Shown: piece after piece, positions 8,078-16,743 of the stretch
Numbering within the stretch: the stretch's first letter is position 1
Layout: every line of letters starts with the position of its first letter
Assembly: GCA_030747675.1 (NCBI GenBank)
Contig: JASLKH010000091.1
Coordinates: 1 to 27,269 of the forward strand
Direction: 5' to 3'
Source: Candidatus Thalassarchaeaceae archaeon
GTDB taxonomy: Archaea; Thermoplasmatota; Poseidoniia; Poseidoniales; Thalassarchaeaceae
Length of the DNA stretch: 27,269 bases
Notes under the pieces: model-generated
Databases searched by the model: none
What the model saw: the letters and a program-made list of their open reading frames with translations, nothing else
What the model was told of the DNA's origin: nothing
Program-made: the position numbers and the translations under genes

Positions 8078-11000
8078 CTACTCCTCAAACGGATTACACA
8101 ACTGTCCTTGGCCAGGGAAACTGTTGATGTCACGTGGGTTCGTATCCCACTTGTACTCACAGTAATTTACGTGGCCGTCACCGTCAGTATCCACCATTCT
8201 GTCTGCATCATCGAATGGGTCGAAATTGAAGTAATACTCCCAACCAGTAGCCATACCATCATCATCGTGATCTTGGTAATACACTTCAGGCCCATCGTCC
8301 CATTCATCGCCATCAGTATCGTTGCGAATTGGATTAGTACCATTGACGAATTCTTCGAAACTGGTGTAGTTTTCTAGGTTATCATAGAACATCTTACCAT
8401 CGGGAGTATCCGGGTCGATGTGACAGTTGCTAGATTGTGGGTCTTCATAGGAAGGGCAGTACTTGGCAATTAGACCTGTACGGTTCAAACCATCATTGTC
8501 TGGGTCTTCCATACCATCATCAATTCCGTCTCCATCTGAATCTTTCAATGCAGGATCCATAACACCACGAGCACCATAGGCGCTGTAGGTTGAATTGTCA
8601 ACTAAGCCTATGATTAGTGCTTGCTCAGAGTACTTTACTTCCCAACCATCAGGCAGCATATCTCCATCGGTATCATCATCGACAGGGTTAGTATTCCAAC
8701 GGTCTGGAGCTTCAGCACTGTTAGCCAATGTATCATTGTCAATGTCATATGTGTCATCTTTCAGTGATGCCTCGGAAGGGTCCAATGCCCATCTTCCATA
8801 ACATCCGTTGCAGAGAGGATTTGCCGGTACGGCGAAGTTTGTTAGATTCATTTCATACACTTCGTACTTCTTCTCTAATATGAATCCACCAAGCCAGTTC
8901 TTCCAAATGTACCCACCTTCATCTAGGCCACACTCAATCATTGAGTCACAGCCAGGAGGTAGCCAAAGATCTGTAGCAACCCAAAGTGAATGTGACTTGG
9001 AATTGTCCTCGATTGATTCCACTTGCATTTCCCATCCATCAAGCATTCCATCTGAATCTGAATCATTGATTAGTGGGTTGGTTGGATTTTGATATGGCCT
9101 AGGAACGAATAGAACCTCATATCCATCGATCAAACCATCATCATCAGTGTCAGAGTCGTTTGCATTAGTTAGGAAGTTGTCCTGACCTAGGATAACCTCT
9201 TCACCATCTTCTAATCCATCATTGTCTGTGTCATACATACAAGGGCTTGTGAAATACTCCTCTCCATACCAAGAGAAACCGTTCAGTGCTTCTGCTTGGT
9301 CTCCTAGTCCATCACCATCAGTATCTGCATTGGATGCATTGGAGCCTGTACCACACACATCGTTGAATTCTTTGAAATCAGAAAGACCATCTTCATCTGT
9401 ATCCCACAGACCTGGGTCTGAAGTAACATGAGTATTCTGAACTCCACGGTTAACAACCAGTATTTCCCAACCAATGACTTCAATTCCATCCTTCAATCCA
9501 TCACCGTCGGTGTCTGGATTCAGCGGATCGGTTGAGCGCCCATCAATGATGCCATCGCCATCTGAATCTCGGGCATTGTATTCCATCAAATTAGTGAACA
9601 TTTCATCCAATTCAACAATCTCTACCCACACATCCAAACGACTCTCGATAGTATCACCAACTTCGACATTGATTGAGTAAACATAACCATCAACTGGAGC
9701 AACTAAAGGTATGACTTGTTGATTTCCACCAGATAGAGTAATTCTAGCCCTTGCAACTGTTTGATTAGCACTAACCCAATCATCGAGTTCAACATCAATA
9801 GCAACTACTAGAGCCACATTTTCAAGTTGGTCAAATGTGACTGAACCATCTCCATCGGCATCATATCCGTCTCTGTCTGAATCAATGTCACCATTTGAAC
9901 CATCACGTGGATCTAATCCGTTGGTTGCTTCCCAGCCATCTGGCATGCCATCCTCATCAGTATCTTCATGCCAAGGGGATGTGAACTTGTCCTCTCCAAA
10001 TAATAGCGCAACTTGGTATTCTTCGATGTTATTCATTCCATCTTCATCCCAGTCGCCATATCCATCGGAATTGTTAGCAGGGTCGAGAGTTTGTGACGCT
10101 GCAGTAGCTCCTGAGCCTGGATGTTCCAATACATTGGAGAAACAGAACTCGTAGCCATCTGGCATGCCATCACCATCAGTATCCCAATCAGAAGGACCGT
10201 TTAGGCGACCATCGCCATCCATGTCTTCCTTGAACCATGCAAGTCCATGCTCCAGAGCATCTGATGCGAATGGTGCTTGTCGGTTGACAGGGTCAAGCAA
10301 ATCTAGTCCACAATTTTGCCCAGTTGCCATCATTACCCAAATGGTTGAGTTTGATATTTCGTGGATGTCATTCAGCATGTCTCCATCTGAATCCGGCTTG
10401 GTAGGGTCGGTTCCATATTCTTCTTCTTCAAGGTTGAACAATTCATCATTGTCCGAGTCTAGAACTTGGTCACAGGAATGTTCACCTGCTGCATTTGCTA
10501 AGTCATCCCAGTTTGCAACACCGTTTTCTCCATTGAAGTGGTCCTCCAGAGTTTCCTCCATTGCATCGGTCAACTCAACACAATCCCAGTTTCCTGAAAG
10601 AGGGTCAAAAAGTGTGTAATTGCCAGCAGGGTGGTTAACTACACGCTTGTAGGTAACTTCCCACTTGTCGTTTAGACCATCGCCATCTGTATCTGCTAGT
10701 CGGGGATTGGTACCTTCCTCAACTTCAACCGAATTTATCAGGCCATCACGATCTGGATCTCCCTTAGGACCATCATCTGGGTCAGGCCAGGAATCTTCCT
10801 CTTCCTGCTCTTCAGCGCCTTCAGAACTTGCCTCACTAGGATCATTCTCTGCATCGTCGGATTCACCATTGTCAAGCGGATTAAGTCCATTTTCGACTTC
10901 CCAGCCATCTTCCATGCCATCTCCGTCGGTATCCGGGTTGCCTGGATCTGTACCGTATTGTAACTCTACTGCGTCTACAAGACCATCGCCATCATTGTCC

Positions 11001-11173
11001 ATAGATTGGCCAGAATTGGAACCCTCACCTATCAAATCATCCTCGGCTGCAGGGTCAAAATCACCGGCGCCTTCACTGGTTTGGAAGAAGCCTGATGCTC
11101 CAACGAATAATGATCCGAAAATCAATGTTGATACAATTGCAACGTAAGCCATCTGATTATGTGACATTGTCAT
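8078..11173 (-). CDS. Giant acidic Ca-binding repeat surface protein (bacterial TSP3-like DTDGDG repeats) with an internal biotinyl/lipoyl-like domain
   Basis: N-terminal hydrophobic anchor (AYVAIVSTLIFGSLFVGA); roughly 25 DxDxDG.xDxxE / GTDP-TNP motifs; paired Cys in inserts; internal 'DVELDDWVSANQTVAR...LVAPVDGYVYSINVEVGDTI' segment. Confidence 0.85.
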   Translation of the reverse strand: MTMSHNQMAYVAIVSTLIFGSLFVGASGFFQTSEGAGDFDPAAEDDLIGEGSNSGQSMDNDGDGLVDAVELQYGTDPGNPDTDGDGMEDGWEVENGLNPLDNGESDDAENDPSEASSEGAEEQEEEDSWPDPDDGPKGDPDRDGLINSVEVEEGTNPRLADTDGDGLNDKWEVTYKRVVNHPAGNYTLFDPLSGNWDCVELTDAMEETLEDHFNGENGVANWDDLANAAGEHSCDQVLDSDNDELFNLEEEEYGTDPTKPDSDGDMLNDIHEISNSTIWVMMATGQNCGLDLLDPVNRQAPFASDALEHGLAWFKEDMDGDGRLNGPSDWDTDGDGMPDGYEFCFSNVLEHPGSGATAASQTLDPANNSDGYGDWDEDGMNNIEEYQVALLFGEDKFTSPWHEDTDEDGMPDGWEATNGLDPRDGSNGDIDSDRDGYDADGDGSVTFDQLENVALVVAIDVELDDWVSANQTVARARITLSGGNQQVIPLVAPVDGYVYSINVEVGDTIESRLDVWVEIVELDEMFTNLMEYNARDSDGDGIIDGRSTDPLNPDTDGDGLKDGIEVIGWEILVVNRGVQNTHVTSDPGLWDTDEDGLSDFKEFNDVCGTGSNASNADTDGDGLGDQAEALNGFSWYGEEYFTSPCMYDTDNDGLEDGEEVILGQDNFLTNANDSDTDDDGLIDGYEVLFVPRPYQNPTNPLINDSDSDGMLDGWEMQVESIEDNSKSHSLWVATDLWLPPGCDSMIECGLDEGGYIWKNWLGGFILEKKYEVYEMNLTNFAVPANPLCNGCYGRWALDPSEASLKDDTYDIDNDTLANSAEAPDRWNTNPVDDDTDGDMLPDGWEVKYSEQALIIGLVDNSTYSAYGARGVMDPALKDSDGDGIDDGMEDPDNDGLNRTGLIAKYCPSYEDPQSSNCHIDPDTPDGKMFYDNLENYTSFEEFVNGTNPIRNDTDGDEWDDGPEVYYQDHDDDGMATGWEYYFNFDPFDDADRMVDTDGDGHVNYCEYKWDTNPRDINSFPGQGQLCNPFEE
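8110..11000 (-). repeat. Intragenic DTDGDG(L/M)xDGxE...(G)T(D/N)P Ca-binding repeat array
   Basis: Examples: DTDGDGMEDGWE, DTDGDGLNDKWE, DTDGDGMPDGYE, DTDEDGMPDGWE, DTDGDGLKDGIE, DTDNDGLEDGEE, DTDGDMLPDGWE. The repeats are degenerate at DNA level. Confidence 0.9.
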
Positions 11174-11218
11174 ATTGATACTCTCCCCAGACTACGCAAC
11201 TTCACCCACTACAGTCCT

Positions 11219-11234
11219 ACAAATAAACCTTCAC
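11219..11234 (-). promoter_or_regulatory. Putative archaeal BRE/TATA promoter of the Ca-repeat/PKD/pepP/mqnC unit
   Basis: Minus strand reads GAAGGTTTATTT about 48 nt upstream of ATG 11173, with a GGGGAG SD-like motif just upstream of the ATG. Confidence 0.5.
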
Positions 11235-11256
11235 GGTGAATGATTTGACCTAAAAC

Positions 11257-12297
11257 TCACCCTTCGGGTGACAAATCGCTCAATTCATACCTAGTCTGTA
11301 AGGAGATATATTGGAAACTTTCTTCTGAGCGAATCGCAACTTTAACTGGCCTACCTTCGCACCTAACCCATGCACCAGCTAGTAATCCAACAGTTAAAGA
11401 GAGGAGGGGGATCTCTGAAAATTTCAGTTCAATTCCACCATTTGAATCTAATTCCTTGGCAGAAATAGGACTGGACATCCCCATTGGTCCAAAGAAGGAA
11501 CTACAACTGTCAATCCATCCACTCGCATCAGCAGCTAAGAAAATCTCCTCACCTGCAATGAACAAACGTTTGGCAGCAATAGCGAATGAAAGGAAACCAT
11601 CACTAATTTTTGGCCATGAACTTCTCTCATCATCACTGGTATTTGCTACTAATCCAGCACAAGATTCCTGCAATCTCTCAAAAATTCCAACAGGAAGTAA
11701 ATGATGTTTCAAACCATCTATTCTCCAACCTCTTTCAACACCAACATCGTATGGCTCTCCCGAAAGATGACTCTTACCCCTTGGTTTAGAAGCCATAACG
11801 GGAAGATTTGTTTCATCTAAAGTCAAAATACAATTCTCTACAGATTTCTCTTCCCACCTCATACGATATCTTTTCGAATTTATCCTCTCGAAGTCTGCTT
11901 GTAAAATCCCTGCAAACAATGGCGTCAACCCGTTGCTTGTAAAACTAGGCGGTTTGAGATTTGGCTCACCCCATCCATGCAACCACCATCTTTCTTCAAG
12001 AGCTTTGGATATCTTCTTTCTCCGGAAAAGACCGGTGAAATCTAGAGCGCCTGAATTCAATAACCCCTCTTCCTCATCACAGGCAGCATTGGCTAATTTT
12101 CTACCCATTGGGGCGTCGATAATTTCTTCGAACATTCGCCACCAGGCTTCCAAGCCATCTGAACGCCACCTATACCAACAATGACCTTGCGCGTCGAGAA
12201 TAAGACCATCTCTGTAAGAAAAATTCTCCCTCAAGGACAATATTAGCGATGCATCGAGTAGAGAATCTGATTCATCGATTAGAGGCATGTATATCAC
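11257..12297 (-). CDS. Hypothetical soluble protein, probable tandem V4R/Bet3(TRAPP)-like ligand-binding folds
   Basis: GTGA overlap with the glyA stop (alternative ATG 12288). Two halves carry V4R-like patterns (WLHGWGEP...FAGILQADFE...C and FFGPMGM...VGLLAGAW..CEGRPVKV). Confidence 0.6.
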   Translation of the reverse strand: MIYMPLIDESDSLLDASLILSLRENFSYRDGLILDAQGHCWYRWRSDGLEAWWRMFEEIIDAPMGRKLANAACDEEEGLLNSGALDFTGLFRRKKISKALEERWWLHGWGEPNLKPPSFTSNGLTPLFAGILQADFERINSKRYRMRWEEKSVENCILTLDETNLPVMASKPRGKSHLSGEPYDVGVERGWRIDGLKHHLLPVGIFERLQESCAGLVANTSDDERSSWPKISDGFLSFAIAAKRLFIAGEEIFLAADASGWIDSCSSFFGPMGMSSPISAKELDSNGGIELKFSEIPLLSLTVGLLAGAWVRCEGRPVKVAIRSEESFQYISLQTRYELSDLSPEG

Positions 12298-13607
12298 ATT
12301 GGATATCCGCTTACATTTTCTTCATTGAAGCAATACCTGATGACTTGGTAATTGGATTTGAATTCACGGACATCATTCTTTACCGATGCTGGGTCTTCAT
12401 TTTCGATTAACACACGAGCATAAAACCGGGCTACATCTATCATCTCATCTGTACCCATTCCTACACGTGTCAATTCTTGTACTCCAAGCCTCAGACCTGA
12501 TGGCGTCATTGCTTTGGTATCTCCTGGAAGCATGTTCATGTTAGTGATGATTCCAGCCTTTTCAAGTAAATCGGCTGCTTTAGCACCAGCTCCAGAATCT
12601 AATTCACCATGCCGTGTAAGAACTTGATGTGAAGCAGTATAACCACGAGATTCGGCTAAAACATCGAATCCTTCTGCTGCAAGAGACCCGGCAAATGCTT
12701 GTGCATTTGCTACAGTATTCTTTGACAATTCTTCACCATATTCAATGAATTCAGATAGTGCTACCACTTTACCAGCAACATGGTGAAGATGGTATGAAGA
12801 GCAAGTTCCCGGGAAAACGGCATTGTTCAATTTTCTTTGAAATTTTTCATCTTCAGAAGATGATAATATGAAACCTCCTTGAGGCCCTGGGAATGTTTTG
12901 TGTGAAGAACCTGTCATTATATCTGCGCCTTCGTGAAGTGGGTCCTGGAAGCAACCTCCTGCAATTAATCCCAAAACATGTGCTCCATCGTACATTACCT
13001 TAGATCCAACTTCATGTGCTGCATCCGCTAATTCTCTAAGAGGAGTAGGGAATAGGAAAACAGATTGCCCGAATAAAGCGATTTTTGGTGCAACCTCACG
13101 GATTAGTTTAGCCGAGGCATCAATGTCCGGCTCCATCCTTTCCTCGTCCCACGGATAAGTAGAGAGATTTAGGTCTCTTAGTCCAACTGCACCCATTCTT
13201 GCATGAGAAATATGGCCACCGTCAGCTGTTGATACCGCAGTAATATCGTCACCTGGTTTAGCAAGAGCCTTCAATGCTGCAATATTGGAGACTGTCCCAC
13301 TTGTTGATTGAATGTTAGCAAAAGGAACATTGAACAGTTTTTTTGCCAGATTAATACCTAATTCTTCAATGGTATCAAAATCGCCACAACCTTGGTAGTA
13401 GCGCTTGTATGGCAAACCTTCTGCATATCTTCCGTGAAGATCACTTGAAACAATTTTCTGAACCATTGGAGATACGATATTTTCACTCGCAATCATACCT
13501 AAACCATCACGATATAATGTACCACTATCCATAACGGCGCCCAATACAGTTTGAGCATGATTCAAATTTTCTGGACTCCCTTTCCAATCCCCTCTGGAAC
13601 CATCCAT
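12294..13607 (-). CDS. glyA: Serine hydroxymethyltransferase (archaeal type)
   Basis: MIASEN, YAEGLPYKRYYQGC, GGHISHA, YDGAHVLGLIAGG, PLP-Lys motif GSSHKTFPGPQGG, and PSGLRLG. Confidence 0.97.
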   Translation of the reverse strand: MDGSRGDWKGSPENLNHAQTVLGAVMDSGTLYRDGLGMIASENIVSPMVQKIVSSDLHGRYAEGLPYKRYYQGCGDFDTIEELGINLAKKLFNVPFANIQSTSGTVSNIAALKALAKPGDDITAVSTADGGHISHARMGAVGLRDLNLSTYPWDEERMEPDIDASAKLIREVAPKIALFGQSVFLFPTPLRELADAAHEVGSKVMYDGAHVLGLIAGGCFQDPLHEGADIMTGSSHKTFPGPQGGFILSSSEDEKFQRKLNNAVFPGTCSSYHLHHVAGKVVALSEFIEYGEELSKNTVANAQAFAGSLAAEGFDVLAESRGYTASHQVLTRHGELDSGAGAKAADLLEKAGIITNMNMLPGDTKAMTPSGLRLGVQELTRVGMGTDEMIDVARFYARVLIENEDPASVKNDVREFKSNYQVIRYCFNEENVSGYPM

Positions 13608-13625
13608 ACAGGTTCCTTTAGCATT

Positions 13626-13645
13626 CGGCCTTTGACCCTTTGGAA
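13626..13645 (-). promoter_or_regulatory. Putative weak BRE/TATA-like element for leaderless glyA
   Basis: Minus strand reads CAAAGGGTCAAAG ending about 23 nt upstream of ATG 13607, within a 59-nt intergenic gap. Confidence 0.3.
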
Positions 13646-13666
13646 TCCAAGATAGTCAGTATTTTA

Positions 13667-16600
13667 TCAACTGGGTCGCCTTGGCCCACCCTGTCTAGTA
13701 GCTCGAGATTGCTTCTCAGAGCGTATTGTATTGTGAGGTATTCCTTTGCGTCCTAAGTTTGTTGACATGATTTCTCGCCGTCCTCTACTGCGACCTAACG
13801 GCTTTGCAGCACGCCCTGATTTTCTCTGAATCTGTTGATTACGACCGCGATATGCAACAGGGCCCACTAGCCTTTCCATTGCTGGCACGTCTGAACCTTC
13901 CTCCTTAGGACGCTTTAACCACCATCCTGGAGATAAATTCTGCATGCGTGCATCACGTTCCCGCTTCATCGAATTTGCACGGCGCGCCAATTTAGGCCGT
14001 ACTGACCTTTCACTTTCTTTGGGCACCAAATCAGTCATCCAACCTGGGAATCCAATATCGTAAACCACTCCATTAATCGTTAGCAGCATTCCCGACAAAA
14101 GCAAGTGTGTTCCCACTGGTAATTCGCTCCTCTGCAACTTGATTTTATGCCTTCGCATTCGCTTAGAATAAGCAACCATCGCTTTCTGATCTCTATGGCG
14201 AATCACCTTATTCTGTTGCTTACTAAAGCGCCTTGCACTCTGATGGATGAAAATCAAACCAAATGCAATACTCATCCCTTCTAGGAGTCCAATTTCACCA
14301 GAGGCATAAATTCCTGCAAGTAACCAAATTGGAGTTAAAACTCCCCAATTGAAAACCTGTGAAATTATTCCTGATGTATAGCGAGGTGTCATTTTCTTTT
14401 CAACAGCAGCAGCGGCGGCAATCATAACGTTAGCATTGACCGCTTCATCTACTCCACCTTTCACCATCATTGCAGCAATTGGATTAACTGGTGCATCATC
14501 AATCCACCTTCGTGAGCGCTTTGTAAGTGCCTTAGTTAGAGCTACTTCTAGCACTTCATCCTCGTCATCACTCTTCGGCCTACCCAAAATATTTGCCAAA
14601 GCACGAACTCTTGGATCGAAAGGATCTGTCTCTTCAAGTTCAGTTAGTACGCTTAATGCACTATGCCATTCACCCTTGTCAACTAAACAAAGGGCTGCAG
14701 CTATTCTTGGACGAGCCATTAGAGGATTTTCACGCACGAGTCTCAAAGCGATATCCATGGCCTCTTTGTGCATATTTTGAGCACGTAATAATGCAATGTG
14801 CGAGAGCCTTGCGCTGATTGAAATATTGTCTTTATGTAGAGCTCCATCAACTGGTTGAGGGCTCCAAGAGCGTAGCATTCTCATCAAATCATTGAGGTGA
14901 TCAATGCACGGATTGTTTTCCCAATCCCACAAATCATCTTCATCAACCGAACCATTCCAAGGGTCGAACCATTCGCAAATAAATGCGAGAAGTTCTGGCT
15001 CATCGTATCCTTCCGGCTGTTGGAGGTTGTGAAGAGCTTCCCTTGCAGCATCAAGTCTGCGACAAGCTATATGCCCAGCCGCAATAATCATTCGCGCCTC
15101 ATCATTTTCTCCACCAGACTGGGCTAGTAGTTTCTTAGCCTCCTCTATCGCAGATGGCCACAAACCTCGTAGTGCCATCTCAATCATTCTGGCACGACTT
15201 TTTGCCAAACGAACAACTGCTTCGTCCTCGCCAATTGAACGCTCTTGGAATCTAATCAACGCATCTAAATCATTGCTTAGAGCCGATTCTTCTACTAGAT
15301 CAAACATCCAATTTCCACCACCGCTCATGATGGCACCTTCTCTGCGCTGATCCGGATTCAAATCAAACTTTAGATTACGTAACGAGTTGAACTTGGAAAT
15401 AGATAGCACCCAGGTAAGTAGGAAAATTGTTTGTCCTACGGCGATAAATATCCACGTTACTAACAAACGGTATTCCTCATCGAAACCTATTCCTTCAAAC
15501 CATTCAATGAAAGGCATAAGACTGCCAAATTCTTTGTAACATACTAAAATCAAAAGTAATGCAGTATACCCACTAAAACCTGCAAATGCGAAGTACAGGA
15601 CTCTTGCTTGAGCCTTGTCCTCTGAACGAATTTCTCTAGGTGTTGCTAGTAGTACTCCACCTAATCCTCCGAATGATTGACCTCCAAGGAATAGGTTACG
15701 AATTAGTTCGAATATGAACGCAAGACCAACGATTGCAATATTCAATGATAGATATGCAGCCAAAATTTCTGGTAAGCTCTTGAGTGCCTCCCATTCTGCA
15801 AGTAAGGGGTTTTCTTGAATCTGGAGATAGACTTGGTGACCTAAAATTCCTCCGTAGTTCAAAATTTCTTCAGAATTTGCAGGGTCGTTAATCATCACTA
15901 AAGCAACAGTTACTATTCCATTAATCGCTGTTATAGGCATAGTTAGTAAGAACAAAATCAGAATAAATGCAAACGACCTTCCTACAAATCCAAGTTTCTT
16001 TGCGTCGATTGGGTTTGGCTTTCCAAGCCAAGTTCGGAATTTACCTACAATCAACATGTTCCAAGATGCACCCATAATTCTGCCATATGCCAAGATTGTA
16101 GGGCCCATGAATACCAATCCTGCTATTGCAAATGCAAGTGGTTTTTGTGATTCATCAATTCTAGGTACAAGCAAAAGATATGTTCCAATCGATACTGCAA
16201 ACAATCCAATAAGCGTCCCTGTCCGTCGGAAAAATAATTTGAAAAATTTGTTCTTAGTTGCTCCAATGCGCTTACCAACTAACTGACCATTGAGAGATTC
16301 CCAAGGTGAAATTAATATGGGAATCAGAACAAGTATACCCATTAAGAATAGATTTGGAAGATAGTACACTCCTGAGTCGAAAATTAACTCAGAAATCAGA
16401 AGTAAAACTCCTGTCATCGCCATCATGTAAAGTGCGATACCAAAACCAACATTTGGCAATTGGAGTAAACGTTTAACGCCACCCCGGCCCTTGGTTAAAC
16501 TGTGTACCTCATACAATCCTTCATCAATCTCAAAACCTACTTGTAATCCTGATAACTGAGTTGGTATCATCCACTTCCACAGAATTAGTGCAGTGGCAAA

Positions 16601-16720
16601 AGCGACCAAAAAAGGAATAGCGTGATTGATTGACAGGTTGGCAGGATTCTCAACCGTTCCTGCGCTTGCTAATGGTATCAAAACCAAGCAAGCAAAACAA
16701 GCGAATAGCCACCTCCTCAT
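13667..16720 (-). CDS. Large multi-pass membrane protein with a TPR-like helical region and a basic C-terminal tail (function unknown)
   Basis: ATG 16720 (track starts at TTG 16747). Signal-like N-terminus plus about 9 TM segments; helical repeat-like region (AIEEAKKLLAQ..EARMIIAAGHIA..LDAAREAL; RPRIAAALCLVDKGEWHSALSVL..LEETDPFDPR); 2 further TMs; R/K-rich tail. Confidence 0.8.
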   Translation of the reverse strand: MRRWLFACFACLVLIPLASAGTVENPANLSINHAIPFLVAFATALILWKWMIPTQLSGLQVGFEIDEGLYEVHSLTKGRGGVKRLLQLPNVGFGIALYMMAMTGVLLLISELIFDSGVYYLPNLFLMGILVLIPILISPWESLNGQLVGKRIGATKNKFFKLFFRRTGTLIGLFAVSIGTYLLLVPRIDESQKPLAFAIAGLVFMGPTILAYGRIMGASWNMLIVGKFRTWLGKPNPIDAKKLGFVGRSFAFILILFLLTMPITAINGIVTVALVMINDPANSEEILNYGGILGHQVYLQIQENPLLAEWEALKSLPEILAAYLSLNIAIVGLAFIFELIRNLFLGGQSFGGLGGVLLATPREIRSEDKAQARVLYFAFAGFSGYTALLLILVCYKEFGSLMPFIEWFEGIGFDEEYRLLVTWIFIAVGQTIFLLTWVLSISKFNSLRNLKFDLNPDQRREGAIMSGGGNWMFDLVEESALSNDLDALIRFQERSIGEDEAVVRLAKSRARMIEMALRGLWPSAIEEAKKLLAQSGGENDEARMIIAAGHIACRRLDAAREALHNLQQPEGYDEPELLAFICEWFDPWNGSVDEDDLWDWENNPCIDHLNDLMRMLRSWSPQPVDGALHKDNISISARLSHIALLRAQNMHKEAMDIALRLVRENPLMARPRIAAALCLVDKGEWHSALSVLTELEETDPFDPRVRALANILGRPKSDDEDEVLEVALTKALTKRSRRWIDDAPVNPIAAMMVKGGVDEAVNANVMIAAAAAVEKKMTPRYTSGIISQVFNWGVLTPIWLLAGIYASGEIGLLEGMSIAFGLIFIHQSARRFSKQQNKVIRHRDQKAMVAYSKRMRRHKIKLQRSELPVGTHLLLSGMLLTINGVVYDIGFPGWMTDLVPKESERSVRPKLARRANSMKRERDARMQNLSPGWWLKRPKEEGSDVPAMERLVGPVAYRGRNQQIQRKSGRAAKPLGRSRGRREIMSTNLGRKGIPHNTIRSEKQSRATRQGGPRRPS

Positions 16721-16743
16721 AGAATACGCCTGTGGGAATGACT

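Noticed and set aside
8072-8080. In-frame TAG-TAG-ATG between the giant Ca-repeat gene and the PKD gene (possible pyrrolysine or readthrough fusion)
   Set aside because: It would need double readthrough, the downstream gene has its own signal peptide, and there are no pyl genes in the window. Tandem stops abutting a coupled start explain it.
1675-11000. Repeated GATGATGA/GACGG motifs as a possible CRISPR array or DNA repeat element
   Set aside because: The repeats are degenerate at synonymous positions and lie inside long ORFs. There is no constant repeat/unique spacer structure and no cas genes.
8066-11147. Series of plus-strand ORFs (8066..8377 through 10665..11147), up to 160 aa, rich in 'SPSVS'
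   Set aside because: They are the reverse-complement reading of DTDGDG repeats (TCx/CCx codons give few stops), so artefacts.
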